NCBI GenBank assembly: GCA_964016885.1
Contig: OZ024740.1
Location: 125,984,001-126,048,000 of the forward strand
Reading direction: 5' to 3'
DNA from: Eledone cirrhosa
Taxonomy: Eukaryota
DNA length: 64,000 nucleotides
Shown: piece after piece, positions 41,465-53,530 of the stretch
Layout: the number at the start of each line of letters is the position of its first letter
How positions within the stretch are numbered: position 1 is the first letter of the stretch
Translations under genes and position numbers: made by a program
Notes under the pieces: model-generated
The model's input: only the letters and a program-made list of their open reading frames with translations
Told to the model about the DNA's origin: nothing
Database searches by the model: none

Positions 41465-42241
41465 TATATATACAATATTCTGAAAAGGTAACACACTAGA
41501 GAGAGAAAGTGCGCCATCAATCAAACAGAGAAAACCCACCAGTGTATGGAATCTATAACCCATGGAAGGCAGAGTAGACACACGATAATTAAAAGTATAA
41601 ATTAAAGTGTAAATACATACCTCGGTAACTATCTAACACATACGTACAATTCCACAGAGATCTGTTTCGCCAAATAAGTTGTTGACAGAAATGAATACCC
41701 CATGGTTCATCAGTGTGTGTAAGCTATACATTTCAGACAACTCTAAGAGAATCTAAAGCGACCGTTCAGCCACCCATGGGAGAAAGAAGTCACAGCGTGC
41801 CTAGGGCAGTAACCAGTGGCCTCTGAGGGACGCTGCTAGAAAGGGTAGCCCAAACCACTCAGAGAAGTGTGCTCAACCAAACAGAGAGAGAGGAAAGACT
41901 GTTATAAGGAGAGAAATATTACGATAAATTAACGGAGCCATAGACTCGCTATTCCCTCTCAGTAATGTGCTCAAAGGAGAAGGAATCCCGAGCTCTTTAA
42001 AATACAATATGTTGAAAAGGTAACACACTAGAGAGAGAGAGATAGTGCGCCATCAATCAAACAGGGAAAAACCACCAGTGTATGGAATCTATACACTTGT
42101 GGTTTTTCCCTGTATATTGATGGCGCAATATCTCTCTCTCTCTAGTGTGTTACCTATTATAAAGATCTCGGCATTCCTTCTCCTTTGAGCAAATTACTGA
42201 CAGGGAATAGCGAGAGTCTATGGCTCCGTTAATTTATGGTG

Positions 42242-42243
<2 letters not shown>
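41465..42243 (-). mobile_element. Non-coding PLE remnant, tandem plus inverted pLTR pieces
   Basis: Direct repeat 41470-41555/42003-42092, inverted repeat ~41918-42085/42090-42243, degenerate HHR at 41653-41718 (-). Confidence 0.7.
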
Positions 42244-42278
<35 letters not shown>

Positions 42279-43236
42279 GATAAATCTACCAAGAGTTTAC
42301 GGCAGTGTCCAATCCGTATGAAGAACTCAATGTATTCCGGATATCATGGAAAGAAGAGATGCAATGAAAAATCACTTTCGGTGAAAGATAAACGGAATAC
42401 AGAGTCAAGATAAAATATTAAACAAATAATGAATAAAACAATGAAACAGTTCCTTATATTAAACAAAAAAAGTTCATTATTTAACGATCGTTTCTAGGAT
42501 ATATATGTGTTAGAATTGGCATGCATATTCAACAGATCTATGTACAAAATTATACAAAATTATACAAACTATCAAGATTAAATATACATACCAAACACAC
42601 ATATATGCCGTCTTCAGAAATAATGAAATATATTTATTGATAATAACAACAATTCAAAATTTCAGGTCCGTTTGGGAACGGAGTTCAAATTGACCAATGA
42701 AAATACAAAAAAATTTTTATGCAGTTTGGTGTGTGTATATACATGTAACTAACTTCGTACACATATTTATACAAAGATATATGCTCAACATGCATACGCA
42801 TGCCAAAAAGATGTATGCAAATACAAAAATTCAAGGCTAGTGTCTCTGTAAGTTTATAATCCACAGATAAAATGCGTATAGACACATAAATATGAAATAA
42901 GTGTATACACATATTCACATACTCACACATATCCGTACACTCAACCACACACGCGCGTATATGCATAAACATACACATAATTACGAACATACATACACAC
43001 ACACACCCCCACACACATATATATGTGGATATAATATTATCATAAGCACATGGATATTAATGCACGCACATACACTGCCACACACATTTAGATCAAGATA
43101 CAGAAATTAGGTGGGAGGGGGGGAGAGGTCAGTATTCAACGGTTTCGGCAGACTGCTTATTTATAGATGTATCTATAAACTTAGAAATAAAAAGAAAAGA
43201 AAAGAAAAAGAAAAAAGAAAAAAGAAATATATCAAG

Positions 43237-43273
<37 letters not shown>

Positions 43274-43742
43274 TCTACACATACAACACACACACACACA
43301 CATATATAAACATATACATATATACATACACACATATACACACATACATATATATATATATATACACACATATATACACATATATACACACACACATATA
43401 TACATACACATATATACACATACACGCACATATACATACACATACATACTTATATACATACAGACATACACATACATACATATATATACACACATATACA
43501 TACAGACATACATACATACACACATACACACATACATACACACACATACATACTCATACATAGACATAGATATATATTCACACACACATACGCACTTACA
43601 TATACGCATATATACAAATACTTACGCATCCATATATCCGTATATACATACAAACACCACTACACTCTCACACAACTCAGACATACAAAGAAAAAGGTAT
43701 ATACATATACACATATACACATACAAATAGAGATACATATAC

Positions 43743-43775
<33 letters not shown>

Positions 43776-44837
43776 CACATATATATACATATATATATAT
43801 ATACACATATACATACATGTACACACACATACACATACATACATACACACATACACACATACATATATAGTCACACACACACACACACCTACACATACAT
43901 ACACATACACATATATAAAGATATATATACACACACACATACACACACACACATATATAATAAACATATATATATATATATATACACACATATATATATA
44001 TATACACATATACATACACATATACATACATACATACACATACATACATACATATACACACATATATATATATACACACATACACACATACATACATACA
44101 CACACACATACATACACACACATACATACTCATACATAGACATAGATATATATTCACACACACATACGCACTTACATATACGCATATATACAAATACATA
44201 CGCATCCATATATGCGTATATACATACAAACACTACTACACTCTCACACAACTCAGACATACAAAGAAAAAGGTATATACATATACATATATACACACAT
44301 AAATAGAGATACATATACACATATATATATATATACACACATACATATATATATATACCCACACACACATACAACCATAAACACACATACAAACACATAC
44401 ATACACACATATATATATATATATATACACACACACAAAAACACACATACACATATATTTATTTACATATACATATATATATATATACACATACACACCT
44501 TCACATATATATATATATACACACAAGTTATATTATAATAATAAATAATATACATATATACACGTACAAATATATATATACATAGACATACATATATATA
44601 TACACACACACACACACACTCACATATATATGTGTGCGCACACGCACATATATACACATACACACATATACACATAAACATATACATGTGCATACATGTA
44701 CATACACACATATACCCACATAGATACGAAGATACACATATATATAGAGAGACATACATATACATACACATATATACACACACATATACATACACACATA
44801 TATATACACACACATACACGCCCACACACACATACAC

Positions 44838-44878
<41 letters not shown>

Positions 44879-44891
44879 TATACATGCATAC

Positions 44892-44924
<33 letters not shown>

Positions 44925-46331
44925 CACACAATCATACATTTTTATTTGCATGCGCATATATGTATTTTTATACTCAGATATAAACACCCAAACATATATA
45001 CACCTACCTACATATATATTCATACATACGCGCTTACAAATACAGATGATAATAGTATGGGGGAAAGGTGGGGTGGAGAAGGGGATTATAGTAAATATAT
45101 GTTTCAAGAAACATAGAATATTAATCTGTATTTGGATCTCAATATATGTTTTTACATAGTTTCAGTGTTAGGAAATGCAAGAAATAAGGCAAAATTATGC
45201 ATTTCAAAATAAGTATACCATTAATTATAGGTTAACTAAACTAAAGATAGTTAACATATTGATTTCTAAGGTGTAAATTAGTTAGGTTTATGATATTTGA
45301 AGCAGAATTTTGAAGTTAAATAGTAGTAGAGTATTAATTATAGTATAACTAAATTAAAATTATTAACGTTATGGTATCAATATTAGGAAATGAATTTAGT
45401 AATAGGGAAAAAACAAATAAAGTATTACATCGGTAGTAGAATATAAATTATAGGTTAACTAAATTAAAAATTATATATTAATTTCTATAGTATATGTTAA
45501 TTAGGTATATAATAAATAAAACAGATATTGTATTTTATCAATAGCAGAATATAATTATATGCAAATAGAAATCAAAATTAATACATATACATATACATAT
45601 ACATACACATATATATATATACACATATATATACATACATACACATACATATACATACATACATATACATATTTTTTCAAAAATTGCAAAGAATATATTA
45701 ACTAGGTATACATCCAAAACACATCCCATTCTATGATTACATGACACTCTGCAATCCGTCTGTATTAGGATACTAATTTTAAGCCAATTAAATTAAATTT
45801 TTAGGTTGACTAAATTTAAAACCAAATTATAAATATATTTCTAAAATGTATATTAATTAGGTCTATAATACTAAAAATTATTTCTCTGTCATTGAATACA
45901 CGATATTTTGTTATATTTTATCTGTAAAGGAATTTTAATAAAGGGTTAAATAAATTAAAATTAATCTATAAATTAAGTTACTAAGTATATATTAGTAATA
46001 TTTAAAGGTTTTTCACAATTTATGATTACACAATATTTTATATTCTCATCTGTAGTAGAATTTTAATTAAATTAAATTTATAGGTTAACTAACATTTAAA
46101 TTAAATTATATATTAATTTCTAAAATAATGTTATTAATTAGGTTTATAATATTTAAATGTTTTTTTTAGTTTATGATTACACGTTATAATTAATTCCTGT
46201 CGTTTATTTAATAGGATATCCTTAGATTTCATTATTTCAAATAGTTCTTGGGAACATAATCTACATTCATTTCTATTATTTTGATAAGGGGTGGCTCTTT
46301 TGAGCACACTCCAGGTCAAATCATATTCTAT

Positions 46332-48701
46332 ATGATTCAAAAAACTAATAATTTTATCAGAAGGGTTAGATGGAGGGCCTACCACTTCGATAAAAAATCT
46401 AAACATGCAGATCGGAAATATATGTATGATTTCAATACTTACAAGAATCCACCACACAACTCTTTACTTGAAGACTTTGAGAAAGACCTTTTTAATTTAA
46501 TTAAACACCTCAAATTTAAAAAGTATAAATCCGTCTTTCAAAAGGACCTTGATTCTACCCTATTGGACCTAAAAAAGTCTAAAAAAATCCATGTCCACTC
46601 GGACAAAACTGGTAACTTGTATCACATGGATATTGAACATTATAATGAGTTCATATATGAAGAACTCAGGAAAAATTATAAAAAATCTAATAATGCGTCA
46701 CTCACCAACATCAACAACAAAACACACAACATAGTAAAAAAACTAAACATTGATGATAGAACTGAACCTTTGGCATTGAAAAGACCACACTTCAACCTGA
46801 AGGATCATAAATCAAACTTTAACTCAAATCCTTCTATAAGACTTATATGTCCCTCCAAATCAGATATTGGAATAATTAGCAAAAAAATTTTGGATAGAGT
46901 CATCCCACAAATAAGAAAACACGTTATTTTACCACTCTGGGAAAACACCTCCCAGGTAATTAACTGGTTTAAAAATATTAGATGTAAATCTTCTGCTTCA
47001 TTTCTACAATTTGATATAGATAATTACTATTCTTCTATATCACCTATACTCCTGAACAAAGCATTGATATTTGCTAAAAATAGATCTAACTTAACTTTGG
47101 ATGACATTAATATTATTACACATGCTAGACTAACACTTATTGAATTTCAGAATGAATACTGGACCAGAAACACATATAGTAATCTATTTGATATTACTAT
47201 GGGTTCAAGCGATTCCGCCCAAATTACTGATCTTGTGGGCCTCTTTCTCCTTTTCAACATAAATGCCTCCTTTCCCCACCTTAAAGGTGGTTTATATCGT
47301 GATGACTGTCTTCTTCTTTCTAACAACCTTAGCCTTTCAGAAATAGAAAAAAACAAAAAACATATTAGAACTTTCCTTAAAGACTATTATAATCTTCATA
47401 TTACTTTTGAAAAAACAAGTAAAGTAGTAAATTTCCTAGATATAACTTTAGATTTAGCTACGGGTATCTACCAACCTTACCATAAACCAAACCAAAACTT
47501 ACATTACATACACTCACAATCTAATCACCCTAAATCTATCCTTAAAAACCTTGCATATAATATATCACTTAGAATTTCTAACCTTTCTTCTAACCAAGAT
47601 GTATTTGATAAAAATGCGACCTTCTATAACGAAGCTCTAGATAGAAGTGGCCACAAAAATAGATTAGAATATATACCTTCTACTAAAAATACTAAAAACA
47701 TACAACCTAATATTACCAACAAACACCAAATGAAAAGTACACACCTAAATGCCACCCACACTATACCCCAAAATACCAAATCTTCTAATATAAAATATAG
47801 TAACTCTCAAAAAACTACTCATCATACAACTCTAATAAATATTAATAATAAAACTCCTAATAAAAAAGATAAAACACCTAAATCTACAAATATAACTAAA
47901 AATGGTTGTGGTGAGATCATTAACATTAATCCTCCTAGTAAACATCACGATACAACCTATAAAAATAATAAAAATAATAAACAACATAGAAACCGTAATA
48001 GACGGGTTACTTGGTATAATGCTCCATTTAATTTACAAATTAAGGATAATATTGCTAAAAAATTTTTTTATATCCTAGAGAAAAACTTCCCGCCAAACCA
48101 CAAATACCATCAAATCTTAAATAGGTCTACAGTTAAATTCTCATACTCAACAACAAATAACATAAAACAAAATATAAGTGCCTATAATGCATATAAATGT
48201 AAGAAAACCATAAGTATACCACCAATACATCAAACTAACCATAATATCTCCTCAAATACAGAATTAACGAAAGGTTGTAACTGTAGAAACAAAGCAAACT
48301 GCCCATTAAAAGGGAATTGTCTTGTTAACAACATAGTCTATAAATGTAATGTTAAAACTAAAGATTCTATTTGCTCATATATAGGAGCTACTTCTAACAA
48401 TTTTAAGACAAGGTTTAATACCCACAAGCATAGTTTTAAAAATGCCGCACTGGCTAATACAACATCTCTAGCAGAAAAAATCAATAGTTATAAAAATAAG
48501 AATATAGAATATGATTTGACCTGGAGTGTGCTCAAAAGAGCCACCCCTTATCAAAATAATAGAAATGAATGTAGATTATGTTCCCAAGAACTATTTGAAA
48601 TAATGAAATCTAAGGATATCCTATTAAATAAACGACAGGAATTAATTATATCGTGTAATCATAAACTAAAAAAAACATTTAAATATTATAAACCTAATTA
48701 A
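46332..48701 (+). CDS. PLE reverse transcriptase-GIY-YIG endonuclease, 789 aa, uninterrupted, lacking ~23 N-terminal residues
   Basis: QFDIDNYY, MGSSDS, GLYRDD, NFLDI, CNCRNKANCPL (CxCx5C), IVY...YIG, KTRFNTH, CRLC, LLN, CNH. The ORF-track start at 46281 lies inside the inverted arm. Confidence 0.92.
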   Translation: MIQKTNNFIRRVRWRAYHFDKKSKHADRKYMYDFNTYKNPPHNSLLEDFEKDLFNLIKHLKFKKYKSVFQKDLDSTLLDLKKSKKIHVHSDKTGNLYHMDIEHYNEFIYEELRKNYKKSNNASLTNINNKTHNIVKKLNIDDRTEPLALKRPHFNLKDHKSNFNSNPSIRLICPSKSDIGIISKKILDRVIPQIRKHVILPLWENTSQVINWFKNIRCKSSASFLQFDIDNYYSSISPILLNKALIFAKNRSNLTLDDINIITHARLTLIEFQNEYWTRNTYSNLFDITMGSSDSAQITDLVGLFLLFNINASFPHLKGGLYRDDCLLLSNNLSLSEIEKNKKHIRTFLKDYYNLHITFEKTSKVVNFLDITLDLATGIYQPYHKPNQNLHYIHSQSNHPKSILKNLAYNISLRISNLSSNQDVFDKNATFYNEALDRSGHKNRLEYIPSTKNTKNIQPNITNKHQMKSTHLNATHTIPQNTKSSNIKYSNSQKTTHHTTLININNKTPNKKDKTPKSTNITKNGCGEIININPPSKHHDTTYKNNKNNKQHRNRNRRVTWYNAPFNLQIKDNIAKKFFYILEKNFPPNHKYHQILNRSTVKFSYSTTNNIKQNISAYNAYKCKKTISIPPIHQTNHNISSNTELTKGCNCRNKANCPLKGNCLVNNIVYKCNVKTKDSICSYIGATSNNFKTRFNTHKHSFKNAALANTTSLAEKINSYKNKNIEYDLTWSVLKRATPYQNNRNECRLCSQELFEIMKSKDILLNKRQELIISCNHKLKKTFKYYKPN

Positions 48702-49904
48702 TAACATTATTTTAGAAATTAATATATAATTTAATTTAAATGTTAGTTAACCTATAAATTTAATTTAATTAAAATTCTACTACAGATGAGAATATAAAAT
48801 ATTGTGTATTCATAAATTGTGAAAAACCTTTAAATATTACTAATATATACTTAGTAACTTAATTTATAGATTAATTTTAATTTATTTAACCCTTTATTAA
48901 AATTCCTTTACAGATAAAATATAACAAAATATCGTGTATTCAATGACAGAGAAATAATTTTTAGTATTATAGACCTAATTAATATACATTTTAGAAATAT
49001 ATTTATAATTTGGTTTTAAATTTAGTCAACCTAAAAATTTAATTTAATTGGCTTAAAATTAGTATCCTAATACAGACGGATTGCAGAGTGTCATGTAATC
49101 ATAGAATGGGATGTGTTTTGGATGTATACCTAGTTAATATATTCTTTGCAATTTTTGAAAAAATATGTATATGTATGTATGTATATGTATGTGTATGTAT
49201 GTATATATATGTGTATATATATATATGTGTATGTATATGTATATGTATATGTATTAATTTTGATTTCTATTTGCATATAATTATATTCTGCTATTGATAA
49301 AATACAATATCTGTTTTATTTATTATATACCTAATTAACATATACTATAGAAATTAATATATAATTTTTAATTTAGTTAACCTATAATTTATATTCTACT
49401 ACCGATGTAATACTTTATTTGTTTTTTCCCTATTACTAAATTCATTTCCTAATATTGATACCATAACGTTAATAATTTTAATTTAGTTATACTATAATTA
49501 ATACTCTACTACTATTTAACTTCAAAATTCTGCTTCAAATATCATAAACCTAACTAATTTACACCTTAGAAATCAATATGTTAACTATCTTTAGTTTAGT
49601 TAACCTATAATTAATGGTATACTTATTTTGAAATGCATAATTTTGCCTTATTTCTTGCATTTCCTAACACTGAAACTATGTAAAAACATATATTGAGATC
49701 CAAATACAGATTAATATTCTATGTTTCTTGAAACATATATTTACTATAATCCCCTTCTCCACCCCCCCTTTCCCCCATACTATTATCATCTGTATTTGTA
49801 AGCGCGTATGTATGAATATATATGTAGGTAGGTGTAAATATGTTTGGGTGTTTATATCTGAGTATAAAAATACATATATGCGCATGCAAATAAAAATGTA
49901 TGAT

Positions 49905-49946
<42 letters not shown>

Positions 49947-49954
49947 CATGTATA

Positions 49955-50003
<49 letters not shown>

Positions 50004-50221
50004 GTGTATGTGTGTGTGGGCGTGTATGTGTGTGTATATATATGTGTGTATGTATATGTGTGTGTATATATGTGTATGTATATGTATGTCTCTCTATATA
50101 TATGTGTATCTTCGTATCTATGTGGGTATATGTGTGTATGTACATGTATGCACATGTATATGTTTATGTGTATATGTGTGTATGTGTATATATGTGCGTG
50201 TGCGCACACATATATATGTGA

Positions 50222-50253
<32 letters not shown>

Positions 50254-50852
50254 GTATGTCTATGTATATATATATTTGTACGTGTATATATGTATATTAT
50301 TTATTATTATAATATAACTTGTGTGTATATATATATATATGTGAAGGTGTGTATGTGTATATATATATATATGTATATGTAAATAAATATATATGTGTAT
50401 GTGTGTTTTTTTGTGTGTGTGTATATATATATATATATGTGTGTATGTATGTGTTTGTATGTGTGTTTATGGTTGTATGTGTGTGTGGGTATATATATTT
50501 ATATGTATGTGTGTATATATATATATATGTGTATATGTATCTCTATTTATGTGTGTATATATGTATATGTATATACCTTTTTCTTTGTATGTCTGAGTTG
50601 TGTGAGAGTGTAGTAGTGTTTGTATGTATATACGCATATATGGATGCGTATGTATTTGTATATATGCGTATATGTAAGTGCGTATGTGTGTGTGAATATA
50701 TATCTATGTCTATATATGAGTATGTATGTGTGTGTATGTATGTGTGTGTATGTATGTATGTGTGTATGTGTGTATATATATATATGTGTGTATATGTATG
50801 TATGTATGTGTATGTATGTATGTATATGTGTATGTATATATGTATATATATA

Positions 50853-50885
<33 letters not shown>

Positions 50886-51075
50886 GTTTATTATATATGT
50901 GTGTGTGTGTATGTGTGTGTGTATATATATCTTTATATATGTGTATGTGTATGTATGTGTAGGTGTGTGTGTGTGTGTGACTATATATGTATGTGTGTAT
51001 GTGTGTATGTATGTATGTGTATGTGTGTGTACATGTATGTATATGTGTATATATATATATATGTATATATATGTG

Positions 51076-51108
<33 letters not shown>

Positions 51109-51579
51109 GTATATGTATCTCTATTTGTATGTGTATATGTGTATATGTATATACCTTTTTCTTTGTATGTCTGAGTTGTGTGAGAGTGTAGTGGTGTTTG
51201 TATGTATATACGGATATATGGATGCGTAAGTATTTGTATATATGCGTATATGTAAGTGCGTATGTGTGTGTGAATATATATCTATGTCTATGTATGAGTA
51301 TGTATGTGTGTGTATGTATGTGTGTATGTGTGTATGTATGTATGTATGTATGTCTGTATGTATATGTGTGTATATATATGTATGTATGTGTATGTCTGTA
51401 TGTATATAAGTATGTATGTGTATGTATATGTGCGTGTATGTGTATATATGTGTATGTATATATGTGTGTGTGTATATATGTGTATATATGTGTGTATATA
51501 TATATATATATGTATGTGTGTATATGTGTGTATGTATATATGTATATGTTTATATATGTGTGTGTGTGTTGTATGTGTA

Positions 51580-51645
<66 letters not shown>

Positions 51646-52254
51646 CTTGATATATTTCTTTTTTCTTTTTTCTTTTTCTTTTCTTTTCTTTTTATTTCTA
51701 AGTTTATAGATACATCTATAAATAAGCAGTCTGCCGAAACCGTTGAATACTGACCTCTCCCCCCCTCCCACCTAATTTCTGTATCTTGATCTAAATGTGT
51801 GTGGCAGTGTATGTGCGTGCATTAATATCCATGTGCTTATGATAATATTATATCCACATATATATGTGTGTGGGGGTGTGTGTGTGTATGTATGTTCGTA
51901 ATTATGTGTATGTTTATGCATATACGCGCGTGTGTGGTTGAGTGTACGGATATGTGTGAGTATGTGAATATGTGTATACACTTATTTCATATTTATGTGT
52001 CTATACGCATTTTATCTGTGGATTATAAACTTACAGAGACACTAGCCTTGAATTTTTGTATTTGCATACATCTTTTTGGCATGCGTATGCATGTTGAGCA
52101 TATATCTTTGTATAAATATGTGTACGAAGTTAGTTACATGTATATACACACACCAAACTGCATAAAAATTTTTTTGTATTTTCATTGGTCAATTTGAACT
52201 CCGTTCCCAAACGGACCTGAAATTTTGAATTGTTGTTATTATCAATAAATATAT

Positions 52255-52409
52255 TTCATTATTTCTGAAGACGGCATATATGTGTGTTTGGTATGTATAT
52301 TTAATCTTGATAGTTTGTATAATTTTGTATAATTTTGTACATAGATCTGTTGAATATGCATGCCAATTCTAACACATATATATCCTAGAAACGATCGTTA
52401 AATAATGAA
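52255..52409 (+). ncRNA. Type I hammerhead with 116-nt domain II (mirror at 42473-42627 minus)
   Basis: 10-bp stem I TTCATTATTT/AAATAATGAA, CTGAAGA at 52265-52271, GAAA at 52388-52391, C-GATC-G, GUU triplet. Confidence 0.85.
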
Positions 52410-52932
52410 CTTTTTTTGTTTAATATAAGGAACTGTTTCATTGTTTTATTCATTATTTGTTTAATATTTTATATATATATATATATGTGTGTGTGTGTAT
52501 GTATGTATATGTATATATGTGTGACTGTGTATGTATATATATATATGTTTATGTATGTACATGTGTGAACGCAAGCACACCAGCTCTATGTGTGTGTGTG
52601 TGGGGTGGGGGGGGGGGAGTTTGTGTAGGTACACAGCACTAATTTTGCGAATGGGATTCGGGTGAGTGACAGCTCACGCCTGTATGAGATGGTCAGTGGG
52701 CAGATTTCAGTAGTCAAAAACTATGATGACGTCACAACCATTGACCAATCTAAGGACACCCAAACAGTATGAAGGCGGATGATATAGACTCGAAAGTTCG
52801 GAACCCCGTAGAAAGAGAATTTGCTTCGAAATCTCTAGACGTATCTTAGGAACTTGCGTATCCAGAGTCAGGTTCGATCCACAAACAGATCGCAACTCGA
52901 GCTGTTTGCCGGAGAAACAATCGTAATACGTA

Positions 52933-52970
<38 letters not shown>

Positions 52971-53065
52971 ATAATGTTAAATTTGAAGACTAAAATCCAA
53001 AGAGGGCTCGATAAAGATAAATATATATATTTGCTTAAACTTTAATCTGTTATTTTAATATACAT

Positions 53066-53530
53066 ATATATATCCTAAATAAATTTAGTTAAATTAAATT
53101 AAAGGTTTCATGTCCGAGACATGCGCCATATCCACTGTAGAACAAGCTCAAAGATTCCACTGAATAGATCCGAGCATTTTTATATCAACCAGAAATTGAT
53201 TGACATATATATATTTAAAATAAACACATGAAACAATCACAGGGATAATTTGTAAAGTGTGTAATCACACACAGCTAGGTATGTGACTAATTAAAGTTTA
53301 ACTAGATCTTCAAATATTACCTTTTAAAAAAATGATTAATCCTCCTTGTATATATTTCATTAAAAAATATATTTCACTAAAAATCCGTAAAGTCACAGTA
53401 GTTAAATCTTAGATCATCAGCAAGGAGGAAGAAATAACTGTCTGTGTTTACGCATGACATGACTCCTTTAATTTAATTTAACTTAACTAAATTTATTTCG
53501 GATATATAAACGGCTCCTTATCTGTAGAGC
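53066..53530. mobile_element. Nested non-coding PLE remnants
   Basis: Inverted arms ~53066-53114 and 53456-53508 with a right-hand tail enclose a minus-strand HHR-plus-tail fragment (~53115-53452). Confidence 0.65.
53340..53429 (-). ncRNA. Type I hammerhead with full stems
   Basis: Minus: TCCTCCTTG-CTGATGA-TCTAAGATTT...GGATTTTTAGT-GAAA-TATATTT-TTTAATG-AAATATA-TA-CAAGGAGGA. Confidence 0.85.

Larger units (their letters stand above)
42277..52472 (+). mobile_element. Penelope-like element 3, young, with ~3.9-kb inverted arms
   Basis: Arms 42410-46333 and 48502-52472 are near-identical reverse complements; unique tail 42277-42409; (TA)n flanks. Confidence 0.93.

Noticed and set aside
46281-46331. 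N-terminal 17 aa of the 806-aa ORF
   Set aside because: Derived from the inverted arm; homology to element 1 starts at the ATG at 46332.
46134-46457. 107-aa minus ORF ending in a GIY-YIG C-terminus
   Set aside because: Chimera of antisense ORF sequence and the inverted copy of the ORF 3' end.
48270-48660. Selenocysteine recoding as reported for some Naiad PLEs
   Set aside because: Conserved Cys positions in the three elements read as TGT/TGC; no in-frame TGA seen.
52770-52810. CGGATGA...GAAAGTTCGGAAC
   Set aside because: No stem II, and U4 and U16.1 are missing.
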